Origin: Patescibacteria group bacterium
Lineage (GTDB): Bacteria; Patescibacteriota; Minisyncoccia; Moranbacterales; JAKLHP01
Length of the DNA: 64,000 nt
Direction of reading: 5' to 3'
Assembly (NCBI GenBank): GCA_043803385.1
Contig: JAZDKA010000034.1
Span: forward strand, 10,561-74,560
Each line of letters starts with the position of its first letter. Position 1 is the stretch's first letter. The notes below the pieces were generated by a model, which did no database searches, had not been told where the DNA came from, and saw only the letters and a list, made by a program, of their open reading frames with translations. Made by a program: the position numbers and the translations under genes. Positions 19,344-28,869 of this stretch are shown here, one piece after another.

Positions 19344-20495
19344 ATGAAAAAAAATAAAAAAATATCAATAATATCTTCATCCATCTTTTTAATAATGTTG
19401 TTTTCAATGGCCCTTTTCTTTTTATGGTTTCACGGTGTTGGAAATAACAGTCCTTTTTCAGTTGAAGCGAAACTTTTTTCCTTTTCCGGCATTCAAAATG
19501 GCGCTCCTCTTTCCGCTTCCTGCGACGCCGCGCCTCCTTACGAACATACTCCAGGAGAATTCGACAATCCAACGATCACTGTTGCTAAATTAGGTGTCGG
19601 GGCAGGAAGCATAACTGTGTGCAATGATTCTATGAATTGTAAAATTACAGGTTGCGCAGGTATATGCTCTGCAACCTATGGTCGGGGAGAAAATATTATG
19701 GTCGGCAGAAGCCCTATCTATCCTCCAACCGTTTTTTCCGGATGGGGAGGAGATTGCAGTGGCCAACTATGCAATTTGACGATGGATTATTGCAATAAAT
19801 ATGTGACAGGTACGTTTGATCTTAATTATACTCTTTATGTTGCCAAGGCAGGAACAGGCTCTGGTACTATAACTTCAAATCCAGTGGGGATAAATTGCGG
19901 AGCGGATTGCACGGAGTCGTATGTGGATGGAACATCAACAGTTCTTACTGCCGTTGTCGATACCGGTTCAACTTTTGCGGGTTGGAGTGGAGATTGCAGC
20001 GGGACTGACTTATGCAATTTAACGATGGATAATACCAAATCAGTTACGGCTACTTTTAATTCTAATAATCCAACGCTCACTGTTAAAAAAACTGGAACCG
20101 GAACAGTAACTTCGGATCCAACTGGAATCAATTGCGGTACCACTTGTTCTGCAACTTACCCTCTCAATACTTCCGTAACGCTTACCGCTAATCCGCTAAC
20201 GGGAGTATTCAGCGGAGGGTGGTGTAATTATGGTAATGGTGTTGGTACTTGCAACGTTGGCATGAGCAGATCAAAAGAAGTTACGGCTACTTTTAGCAGC
20301 AGTTGTGGGGTATTTTCATGTGTTAAAATAAATTCTGTTTGCAATGGATGCGGAGGTACAGCGACAGGAACAGCAATATGTATTGATTCTTGTAATAATG
20401 TTGATTCTTCAAAATGTAGCAACTGTTCTCCTGAAACGATTAACTGCTCCGCTTGCTCTAATTCTGACGCTAACTGGAAAGAAGTAGCGCCGTAA
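19344..20495 (+). CDS. Cys-rich secreted surface protein with InlB-B-like/bacterial Ig-like repeats; C-terminal NWKEVAP
   Basis: Signal peptide; three repeats of LxVxKxGTGSGTxTSxPxGINCG...FxGWxGxC...VTATF; Cys-rich tail. Confidence 0.8.
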   Translation: MKKNKKISIISSSIFLIMLFSMALFFLWFHGVGNNSPFSVEAKLFSFSGIQNGAPLSASCDAAPPYEHTPGEFDNPTITVAKLGVGAGSITVCNDSMNCKITGCAGICSATYGRGENIMVGRSPIYPPTVFSGWGGDCSGQLCNLTMDYCNKYVTGTFDLNYTLYVAKAGTGSGTITSNPVGINCGADCTESYVDGTSTVLTAVVDTGSTFAGWSGDCSGTDLCNLTMDNTKSVTATFNSNNPTLTVKKTGTGTVTSDPTGINCGTTCSATYPLNTSVTLTANPLTGVFSGGWCNYGNGVGTCNVGMSRSKEVTATFSSSCGVFSCVKINSVCNGCGGTATGTAICIDSCNNVDSSKCSNCSPETINCSACSNSDANWKEVAP

Positions 20496-20530
20496 AATGA
20501 CAGTTGACAGTTGACAGTTAACATTTGACA

Positions 20531-20560
20531 GCCAGTCCCGATTTGTCGGGACTGGTTTTT
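20531..20560 (+). terminator. intrinsic terminator, preceded by tgacagt heptamer repeats
   Basis: gccagtcccga-tttg-tcgggactggt then T run. Confidence 0.75.
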
Positions 20561-20647
20561 CGTTATCTGCAGGTCATTCAGTTTTAATTTCTTTTGTGGT
20601 ATAATAAAACTAGTAAAAAAGTTAACTTGATAGGGGAAATAAAAAAA

Positions 20648-23600
20648 ATGAAAATGAAATTAATAAGGGTTGCTTTAATTGCCATTTTTATTTTTGCTAT
20701 CTTGCCATTTTCTGTTAAAGCTCAAAATTTGACAACCAGTGAAACTGTTTCTAATTCAACCAGATCCGGATTTGAAACTAGAGGTGGAATGATTATTTCT
20801 CAAGAAGCAAACAAACTAAAAATTCTCTTCGGGGCAATTAATAATGAAGAAGTAATTCAACCAGGAGTTCAATATTCGATTCAATTAATTCATAAAGAAT
20901 ATGGATATCTCGTTGATGAGAAAGTTTTTCCGGAAGTGATTAGCATCGGCAAAAAAGAGAAAATATCTAAAGAAATAGAATATCAGGCACCGGAATTTCT
21001 TAATGGAGATTACTTAATTTTTATCGTTTTCAGGAACTCCAAGGCCAATATATTGGGTACGGATATAATTGGAAAAGTTTCCCTAAAAGGAAGTGAGGGA
21101 TATGTCAATATAAACACATGTTTATTGTCAGTTAAAGACGATAAAATTAAAAACGAATTTTTTCCAAATGGATACCCAATTAATGCTGGAATCGATCTTG
21201 CTCCAGAAGAGGAATTAATCGCCAAATGTAAAATTTCAAATAATTTTAGCGAAGCGGTTGAGTTCACTCCTCAATTTGAGAATTATTTTCGTTCAATATT
21301 CGGAACTCTGATTTCCACCGAGAAACAAAGTTCTGTCAATATCAATGCCGGAGAGACAAGAGAAGTTTCCTTTACTGTTCCAAAAATTTCCAAACCCCAA
21401 GCCTATGATGCGGTATTATCCCTTTTTAATAATGGAGAAATTATTTCCAATAAAATCGTTTTTCATTATGTCATTCAAGGATTTTCCGGGACTATTCAAA
21501 ACTTGCTTTCCGATGAAGCTACCTATCAAAAAGGAGAAACGGCCAAAATTTCTTTCTATTTGACCGGATCGGCTGATTATTTTCCGGGTGCCAGGGGCCA
21601 AGGATCTCGCTTGGAAGGCGGAGTGATGGAAATTTCAATAAGCAATAAAGATGGGTCAAAATGTTCCGAAACGGTCCAAAAACAGTTGACGTCAATTAAA
21701 GAATTAACCAATCAAAAGCAAGGTTTAGAAGTTCCAATTATTGCGGATTGTTCTCTTCCGCAAATAAAAGCGGAATTTAAGGATCGCAACGGCAACGTGC
21801 TGGATCGAGCTACTTATAATATTTTTAGTAATGATGCGGAGAAGAAAGAACTTGAAAAAGAAAAAAGCGCCGAGAAAAAAATGAATAAATGGATTTTAAT
21901 TTCTGGTTTGATATTGATTATTTTGTTAATCTCCGTTTTAGCTTATCTTTTTTATAAAAAAAAATCTGAAAATAAAAGCATAGCGACACTTATTGGTATA
22001 TTAGCAGCAACAGGAGTTTTCTTTCTTTGGGGAGGTGTTTCTTATGGAGCCAGTGTAAATTTCTCCGCACCCGCCTTAAATGAAGACTGGTCATCTATAC
22101 CCGTTACAGGATTTCTGGGAACAGAAGGGGGTATATATGGGGAAGATGAAGTAATATTTAGTCCCGGGCAAGAATTTCTAATAGGTGCTAAAGAAGCATA
22201 TACTCTGGTATGTTCTAATAGTGAAGTAGTAAGAGCTCATGTCAACGCAACCGTATTGGATTCAAACAATACAGTGATAAGTGAAAAAAAGTCATTCCTC
22301 CCAAATATAGTATATTATTCAGATGGATCACCGTGGTATTTATATATATCATTTCATTGGTATAATGCACCGATGATTCCAGGTAGTTACAAAGTTGAGT
22401 TTGAAGCTTATGAAGCATTGAGTAATGTAGGAGTTGCATATTTAAATTTTAAAGTTATGGCTCCCAATCCAATTTTAGCGGTCAATAAAGCCGGAACCGG
22501 TTCAGGAACTATAACCTCCGATCCGGCGGGAATAAATTGCGGAACGGATTGTGCAGAATCTTATGTACAGGGAACATCGGCAACTCTTACCGCCACTCCC
22601 GATGCCAATTCAACCTTTGCTGGTTGGAGCGGAGATTGTACGGGAACTGGCCCATGCAATTTGACAATGAATACTAATAAATCAGTGACGGCTAATTTTA
22701 AAATCAATACTCCGCCTACGGCTGAAGCCGGAGGACCATATGCGGTTCCGCGCAATGGCACGGTTACAATTGATGGATCTCAATCTTCCGATCCGGATGA
22801 AATATTAAGCAATTTAGCTTTTAATTGGGATTGTAATAAATGTATTAATGGTGGAGGAAATAATGGTAATTGCCCAGGATACGCGAATATGAGATACGTT
22901 GGCTTTAAGAGTTTTACTTTTAATCCTAATGCAAATTTCAATACCGGATACAATGCTAAAGCCGGCAATGTTTTCACCTGTACCCTAACTGTAACAGACA
23001 ATAAAGGTGCTACGAGTACTGATACGGCCACAATTACTGCTACTGAAACAGCACCCAATGCTCCTACTGGTTTAACTGCCACTGCTCCTTCCTGTTCTAG
23101 TGTTACTCTTACTTGGGTCGATACTTCCGACAATGAAACCGGGTTTAAAATAGAACGCTCCGCTAATTCTAATGGTCCCTGGACTCAGATTGCCACCACG
23201 GCTGCTAATGCTACTTCCGCTGACACTATTGCGGCTGCTACCACCCAATATTACTATCGAGTAAGAGCCACAAATTTAATTGCTGATTCGGATAATACAA
23301 ATGTTGCCGGAGCTTATGTGCCAGCTTGTACTAATGTAAATCTTAGTCTTTACACATCTAGCTGCAGACAATCAGTTCTTTATATAAGTTCAAATTATGA
23401 GTTTGACTATTATACAATACGTAAATGGTATTATAGCAGCTGGTGGGGTTGGTATTATAATGGTCAATATAATCTATGGACTAATCGGAGCGATCATCTT
23501 TATAAATATTATGATAATAATGTTTCGTCGGGTTCTTTTTATGGTTATCAAGTATATGGTTGCTATAATTCTGGTCAATGCCCTTCTGCTTCCCTGTTTT

Positions 23601-25141
23601 ATTGGATTTATATCCCATCATGTCCCGCTCTCAATCTTTCAATCAGCCCGTCAGCTGTTGCTTGCGGGGCATCGTCTGGCGGTGCTTCTAGCTTAACCTG
23701 GAGTTCTACGAATGCCAACTATTGCATTCCTAGTGGCACTAACTGGCCGGGAAATCCTGCCCAGCTTCCAACTTCTTCAAATTTAGCTCCTTTAGTAAAT
23801 AAAACTATAATTTCTCCTACTTCTTCTCAAACTTATAGTTTGACATGCTATGGTGCTGGCGGATCAATTACTAAAAGTGTTAATCTTGGCTGCTCCTGTA
23901 CGGCAAATAACTGTGCTGATAATATATGTGGAAATGAGCAGTGTTATAATGGTTGCATTTGGGTTTGGGGTAATATGCCTGTCCGTTCTCTCTCTATAAC
24001 CAAAGCCGGTACCGGCTCCGGCACCGTTACCGGTAGTCCGGCTGGCTGTAGTTCTGCTGGCATCAACTGCGGTCCTACTTGTTCGGCAACGTACAAATAC
24101 GATACTGCTGTCAATTTAACTGCTACTGCTTTCACTGGCTCTGAATTTACTAACTGGTCAAATGCTTGCAACGGTACCGCTAATTCTTGCACAGTTTTCA
24201 TGAGAAATAATTATTCAGTAAATGCTAACTTTAATGCCAAAACCCTTAATGTTTCTTTAACTGCTTCTCCGCCTTCCGGCAGTCAGCCTTTAACTTCCAC
24301 TCTAACGGCTAATGTTTCTGGCACGTCCGTTGGAACGATTAATTACAAATTTTACTGCAACCGCAATGACGATGGCACTAATATTACTCAACCAGTTGAT
24401 GGAAAATTTGACGGTGAATCAGCCACCAGCAAATCGTTCAATTGTACTTATTCAACCCCCGGCGCTTTCTTTCCAAAAGTTATTGTGGAGCGGGATAGTG
24501 GTGTGCCAAATGCAACTGATAAAAAAACAGTGACGGTTGCTGCAATTCTTTCCATTGACAAAACCGGTACTGGCTCCGGCTCCAGCACAGTTATCAGCAT
24601 TCCGCCTGGCATCAATTGCGGTCCTACTTGTTCGGCTTCATATAATTACAATACCCTCATTGCTTTAACCGCCACTGCCATTCCTTCTACTGATTTTGCT
24701 TTTGCCGGCTGGTCAGGAGCTTGCTCGGGCACTGGTCCCTGTACGGTTACTATGAATGAAGCCAAATATGTGACCGCTAATTTTGGTTGCGAAATTAATG
24801 ATTGTCCGCCTGGATCGGTCAGCTGTAGCGGAAACAGTAGGGTAGTTTGTTCTGAAGTTCCTGTGGGAAGTGGGTGTTATAGAAATATAACAATAGATTG
24901 TGGAATAGAAACATGTGTTGATGGATCATGTCTTCCGAAACAACCAGGAGTATGTGGTGATGCGCAAGACATAATTTGGGACAAATCACCCAATAGTGAA
25001 TTTTGCAATTCATTCGGAGGATATACGGAACCAATCAGGGAAGGTGAAAGTTGGTGCTGGACATGCATTGGAATGCTTGGCGGGTCAGATACGGAATGTT
25101 GCGCGCAGAGAGATTTGAATTGGAAGGAAATAGCGCCGTAG
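20648..25141 (+). CDS. large multidomain surface protein (N-terminal Ig-like region, TM plus internal signal-like helix, InlB-B-like repeats, PKD-like, FN3, Cys-rich tail); C-terminal NWKEIAP
   Basis: Start at ATG 20648 after ggggaa; PPTAEAGGPY...TLTVTDNKG (PKD-like), APTGLTATA...LTWVDTSDNETGFKIERS (FN3), GINCG repeats. Confidence 0.8.
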   Translation: MKMKLIRVALIAIFIFAILPFSVKAQNLTTSETVSNSTRSGFETRGGMIISQEANKLKILFGAINNEEVIQPGVQYSIQLIHKEYGYLVDEKVFPEVISIGKKEKISKEIEYQAPEFLNGDYLIFIVFRNSKANILGTDIIGKVSLKGSEGYVNINTCLLSVKDDKIKNEFFPNGYPINAGIDLAPEEELIAKCKISNNFSEAVEFTPQFENYFRSIFGTLISTEKQSSVNINAGETREVSFTVPKISKPQAYDAVLSLFNNGEIISNKIVFHYVIQGFSGTIQNLLSDEATYQKGETAKISFYLTGSADYFPGARGQGSRLEGGVMEISISNKDGSKCSETVQKQLTSIKELTNQKQGLEVPIIADCSLPQIKAEFKDRNGNVLDRATYNIFSNDAEKKELEKEKSAEKKMNKWILISGLILIILLISVLAYLFYKKKSENKSIATLIGILAATGVFFLWGGVSYGASVNFSAPALNEDWSSIPVTGFLGTEGGIYGEDEVIFSPGQEFLIGAKEAYTLVCSNSEVVRAHVNATVLDSNNTVISEKKSFLPNIVYYSDGSPWYLYISFHWYNAPMIPGSYKVEFEAYEALSNVGVAYLNFKVMAPNPILAVNKAGTGSGTITSDPAGINCGTDCAESYVQGTSATLTATPDANSTFAGWSGDCTGTGPCNLTMNTNKSVTANFKINTPPTAEAGGPYAVPRNGTVTIDGSQSSDPDEILSNLAFNWDCNKCINGGGNNGNCPGYANMRYVGFKSFTFNPNANFNTGYNAKAGNVFTCTLTVTDNKGATSTDTATITATETAPNAPTGLTATAPSCSSVTLTWVDTSDNETGFKIERSANSNGPWTQIATTAANATSADTIAAATTQYYYRVRATNLIADSDNTNVAGAYVPACTNVNLSLYTSSCRQSVLYISSNYEFDYYTIRKWYYSSWWGWYYNGQYNLWTNRSDHLYKYYDNNVSSGSFYGYQVYGCYNSGQCPSASLFYWIYIPSCPALNLSISPSAVACGASSGGASSLTWSSTNANYCIPSGTNWPGNPAQLPTSSNLAPLVNKTIISPTSSQTYSLTCYGAGGSITKSVNLGCSCTANNCADNICGNEQCYNGCIWVWGNMPVRSLSITKAGTGSGTVTGSPAGCSSAGINCGPTCSATYKYDTAVNLTATAFTGSEFTNWSNACNGTANSCTVFMRNNYSVNANFNAKTLNVSLTASPPSGSQPLTSTLTANVSGTSVGTINYKFYCNRNDDGTNITQPVDGKFDGESATSKSFNCTYSTPGAFFPKVIVERDSGVPNATDKKTVTVAAILSIDKTGTGSGSSTVISIPPGINCGPTCSASYNYNTLIALTATAIPSTDFAFAGWSGACSGTGPCTVTMNEAKYVTANFGCEINDCPPGSVSCSGNSRVVCSEVPVGSGCYRNITIDCGIETCVDGSCLPKQPGVCGDAQDIIWDKSPNSEFCNSFGGYTEPIREGESWCWTCIGMLGGSDTECCAQRDLNWKEIAP

Positions 25142-25232
25142 AATTCTAGCTTACAACATACAACATACGACTGACAACAAATAATTTGCAACTCACAACT
25201 ATTTTATAACTAATAATTTAATTTAAAAAAAT

Positions 25233-25694
25233 ATGGAAAGCGGAATTAAAAAATTAATAATTATACTGGTTGTCCTGGCTATTTTGGCAGGAGGAGGATT
25301 TTATATCTTTAGGCTTCTAGCGAGATCATGTAATTTCAGCCAATTGCCTTCTGATTTTCCTACTCCTTCTGTTATTCCTCCAACCGCGAATAAAAATCAA
25401 ACTCCGGCTGGCGTTGAAGAAAATAATCAGCCAGTTCAGCCAGGACAACCAGCGCAGGCAAATGATGAAATCAGGGAAGTAAAAGGGAAAGCCACAGGTA
25501 TTAATGGAAACTTTATTTTTGTGGAAAGTGAAAGCGAACTTTTCCAATTGGGAATCAATGCTCAAACTCCAGTTTTTACCTTAACCGGAACAGAAAAGAC
25601 AAAAGCCGGACTGCCGGATATTAAAATAAACGGGGGAGTCTCGGTAAAATACGATTATCTGAAAAATGCCACGGAGATTGTTATCGGGGAATAA
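25233..25694 (+). CDS. hypothetical membrane-anchored protein with Pro/Gln linker and possible OB-like domain
   Basis: N-terminal TM, low-complexity linker, beta-rich C-terminus (DIKINGGVSVKY). Confidence 0.65.
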   Translation: MESGIKKLIIILVVLAILAGGGFYIFRLLARSCNFSQLPSDFPTPSVIPPTANKNQTPAGVEENNQPVQPGQPAQANDEIREVKGKATGINGNFIFVESESELFQLGINAQTPVFTLTGTEKTKAGLPDIKINGGVSVKYDYLKNATEIVIGE

Positions 25695-25821
25695 GGCAAA
25701 GCAATATCAACTTTTCAAAACCGGGCTTTAGGAATTTCCAAAGCTCGGCTTTAGTTATAATGACAAATTGTGGTATGATAAAGTTGTCAAGAAGTTAACT
25801 CGACTGGGGGAAAATAAAAAA

Positions 25822-28605
25822 ATGAAAACAAAATTAAAATTAATAACGCTAATTGGCGTCGGAATTTTTTGCTTTGCGTTTGCGGTTAATGCTCAGACAC
25901 CAGGACCATTATTGCAGGAAGGTTTTCTTGTCGCTACGGTCAACATCTACAACGCCGCTTTAGCCAGTCAGTCGTCTGACGGATTGCATATTGTTTTTGA
26001 CTTAAGTAATCGCGTTAATGTTCAGCCACAAGTTAAATATGCAGTGAATCTAGCGAAAGAAGAAAAAGACAGTCAGATAATTATTGATACAAAAATCTAT
26101 CCGGAAGAAATTTCTCTCAAAGAAAATGAAACTATCAATAAAAAAATTACCTATGTTCCGCCGGCTTTCTTAAGCGGCGACTACAAACTTTATATTGAAG
26201 CTAAAAATCCCGAAGGTCTCATTTTGGCTATGGCTTATATTGGAGACGTTCAGCTAAATGGAAATAATCAGGGTCTTTTTCTTGATCCAGCCGCTTGCCA
26301 TCTTACTTTGGAAGGAGACGAGACTCAAAAAAAATATACCTTGCAGGGGGTGGATGTAAAACCGGAAGAAAATATTTTGCTTAATTGCGAAGTGGAGAAC
26401 AAATTTAATTCTTCCATAACAGTTATTCCTAATGTTGCCACTTACTACCGTAGCGTCTTTGGTAAATTCCTCGGCGCCAAAGATTTTGAGTCTATCACTC
26501 TTAATAAAGGCGAAAAGACAGTTAAATCTTTTGTCCTGCCCAAAGCCGTTGACCCTCAATCTTACGACGCTGTCCTTACTTTTTACAACGAACGAAAACA
26601 GCTCATTTCCAATCAAATTATCGCTCATTATATAATTCAAGGACCCAGCGCCACCATTCAAAATGTTCTTTTGGACAAAGCGGTTTATCAAAAAGGGGAA
26701 ATTGCTAAACTCTTTTTTTACTACACCCAGTCGGACAGCAATTTTCCTGGTTCCCGCAGTGGCATTACAGATATAGGTGTTCTGACTGCTAGTATTAATC
26801 TTAAAAATCAAAATAATCAAAACTGCGCCGATCTATTTCAAAAAGAATTAACCGAAAAAGAAAGTTTTTTTAACTTTGGCATACCCATTATTAATACTTG
26901 TCAGAGTCCTCAAGCCGAAGTGGTTATTAAAGGCAAAGACAGCCGGGTATTGGCCCAAAATACTTTTAAATTTTTCAATGAAGAAAAAAAAGAATCCGAG
27001 ACCGGCGGCAAAACAGCCGCCAACAAGCAGGCGATGATCATTATTTTAATAGTTATTATTTTAATCGCTATTGTTGCAACTTACTTTATCAAGAAAAAAT
27101 TAAATAAATCCAATAATTTCAGTTTATTTATTTTTCTCTTTATGTTTTTGGTTATCGCAGGAATGTTTACGGGCGAAATAGCAAAAGCAGACACATATGC
27201 TGCTGGTTATGGCATTACAGTTAATTACGGCTTAAACAAAAAGGTGTATTCCCCCGGGGAAACTATGTCTTATTATCTTTCTGCCTCTAGACCCGCTATT
27301 ATGTGGAATGCTACAGCTTCAATGAATGGCGTTACGCGAAGTGGCAATTATGGTGGATATGGTACAAATACTACTATTTATCTCTCTTTTACTGCTCCGA
27401 ATAACTCAGGTAATAATTTGGTCTCTTCTTCCGCTGCTATTTGGGCTCAGTGTGATTGGTTTCTCTACTGCTCCTATACCGTTCAACTTCCAGCTCTTTC
27501 TTCTAGCGTTCTTGGTGACGGCGTTTGTGGTTCTTCTAATGGTGGAAATTCAGGCGTTGCTCCAACTGTTAATCTTTGTAGCGCAGGGGCTGCTTCGGCT
27601 GTATCCGGCTCTGGTCCCTGGACTTGGACCTGTACTGGATCTCCTGGGTACTCAATCGCTACTTGCGGAACTAATCTTTTAACCCGAACTCTTACCGTCA
27701 ACAAAACTGGCACTGGCTCGGGTACTGTCACTAGCACTCCTGCGGGCATCAACTGCGGTTCTGATTGTTCAGCTTCATATAATGACGGTACTTCCGTTAC
27801 TTTAACCGCCACTCCTTCGGAGGGTTCTACTTTTACTGGATGGTTAGGCGCTTGTTCGGGCACTGGCGCCTGCACGGTTAAGATGATTGCGGCTAGATCT
27901 GTAACCGCTACTTTTAAGAGTTATAATTTAACTGTCACTAAAACCGGCACCGGCTCTGGCACAGTTACTCCTTCAACTGGAACTTTAACTTGGTCCGGTA
28001 AAAGCGGTTCAGCTTCGTATTATTACAACACTCCCATTACTTTAACCGCTGCATCTGACACCGGCTCTACCTTTACCGGCTGGTCAGGTACAGGCATTAA
28101 ATGTCCTGGCACCGGTGATTGTACGGTTATCATGACTGTATCTAGGTCTGTGAGAGCTAATTTTAATATTAATACTTATTTTTTAACCGTTACCAAAAAT
28201 GGTACCGGTTCGGGTACTGTTAGAAGTAATTGGTGGGGCATTAATTGTGGTTTTACTTGTTCGGCAAAATATAATTACAATACCTCTGTCACTTTAACCG
28301 CCACGGCTGCTGCTGGTTATACTTTCACCGGTTGGTCAGGAGATTGTTCTGGCAATAGTGCTTGCGTGGTAACTATGGATGCGGCTAAATTTGTAACAGC
28401 TACATTTAATTCTTCCTGCATTCCGAATTCTGCTTGCATCTCGATAACTCCTGATTGTTCAACTAATTGCGGCAAGTCGGTAAGTTCTCAAACATGCATA
28501 GATCTAAATAATTGTGGAACTAGCTTTTCTTGCAGTCCTCCTTGTAGTGGAACGACAACCTGTCCCGCTTGCTCTGACACTAACTGGAAAGAAGTGGCGC
28601 CGTAA
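25822..28605 (+). CDS. paralogous multidomain surface protein with InlB-B-like repeats; C-terminal NWKEVAP
   Basis: N-terminal region similar to the 20648 gene (PQSYDAVL, TIQNVLLDK, FPGSR); three GTGSGTV repeats; Cys-rich tail. Confidence 0.8.
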   Translation: MKTKLKLITLIGVGIFCFAFAVNAQTPGPLLQEGFLVATVNIYNAALASQSSDGLHIVFDLSNRVNVQPQVKYAVNLAKEEKDSQIIIDTKIYPEEISLKENETINKKITYVPPAFLSGDYKLYIEAKNPEGLILAMAYIGDVQLNGNNQGLFLDPAACHLTLEGDETQKKYTLQGVDVKPEENILLNCEVENKFNSSITVIPNVATYYRSVFGKFLGAKDFESITLNKGEKTVKSFVLPKAVDPQSYDAVLTFYNERKQLISNQIIAHYIIQGPSATIQNVLLDKAVYQKGEIAKLFFYYTQSDSNFPGSRSGITDIGVLTASINLKNQNNQNCADLFQKELTEKESFFNFGIPIINTCQSPQAEVVIKGKDSRVLAQNTFKFFNEEKKESETGGKTAANKQAMIIILIVIILIAIVATYFIKKKLNKSNNFSLFIFLFMFLVIAGMFTGEIAKADTYAAGYGITVNYGLNKKVYSPGETMSYYLSASRPAIMWNATASMNGVTRSGNYGGYGTNTTIYLSFTAPNNSGNNLVSSSAAIWAQCDWFLYCSYTVQLPALSSSVLGDGVCGSSNGGNSGVAPTVNLCSAGAASAVSGSGPWTWTCTGSPGYSIATCGTNLLTRTLTVNKTGTGSGTVTSTPAGINCGSDCSASYNDGTSVTLTATPSEGSTFTGWLGACSGTGACTVKMIAARSVTATFKSYNLTVTKTGTGSGTVTPSTGTLTWSGKSGSASYYYNTPITLTAASDTGSTFTGWSGTGIKCPGTGDCTVIMTVSRSVRANFNINTYFLTVTKNGTGSGTVRSNWWGINCGFTCSAKYNYNTSVTLTATAAAGYTFTGWSGDCSGNSACVVTMDAAKFVTATFNSSCIPNSACISITPDCSTNCGKSVSSQTCIDLNNCGTSFSCSPPCSGTTTCPACSDTNWKEVAP

Positions 28606-28655
28606 ATATTTAGCTAACAACTAACAACTGATAACATATAACTGACAGTATTAGA

Positions 28656-28686
28656 AAACCGGCTTTTGTATTTGAGGCTGGTTTTT
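28656..28686 (+). terminator. intrinsic terminator closing the surface-protein island
   Basis: aaaccggcttt...gaggctggttttt. Confidence 0.55.
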
Positions 28687-28750
28687 GTTATAGGCTGTGG
28701 ATAACTTTGATTTGCTTGAAATATGGCTTGTGGTATAATAGTAGTATCAT

Positions 28751-28766
28751 ATACAAGATGTAGTAT
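28751..28766 (+). promoter_or_regulatory. NrdR box downstream of an extended -10 (tggtataat, 28731-28739)
   Basis: atacaagatgtagtat matches the NrdR-box core CwAnATnTwG and lies upstream of nrdR-nrdD-nrdG. Confidence 0.65.
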
Positions 28767-28869
28767 AAATTAGTTATAAAGTCCATAAAGTTAAAAGTCT
28801 ATAAAGCTTAAAGTTTTAAAAATTTTGCTTTAAGACTTTATGAACTTTAGGCTTTTGACTCCGATTTTT

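Noticed and set aside
19344-28605. Diversity-generating retroelement acting on the surface proteins
   Set aside because: No reverse transcriptase in the window, and repeat differences are not adenine-specific by eye.
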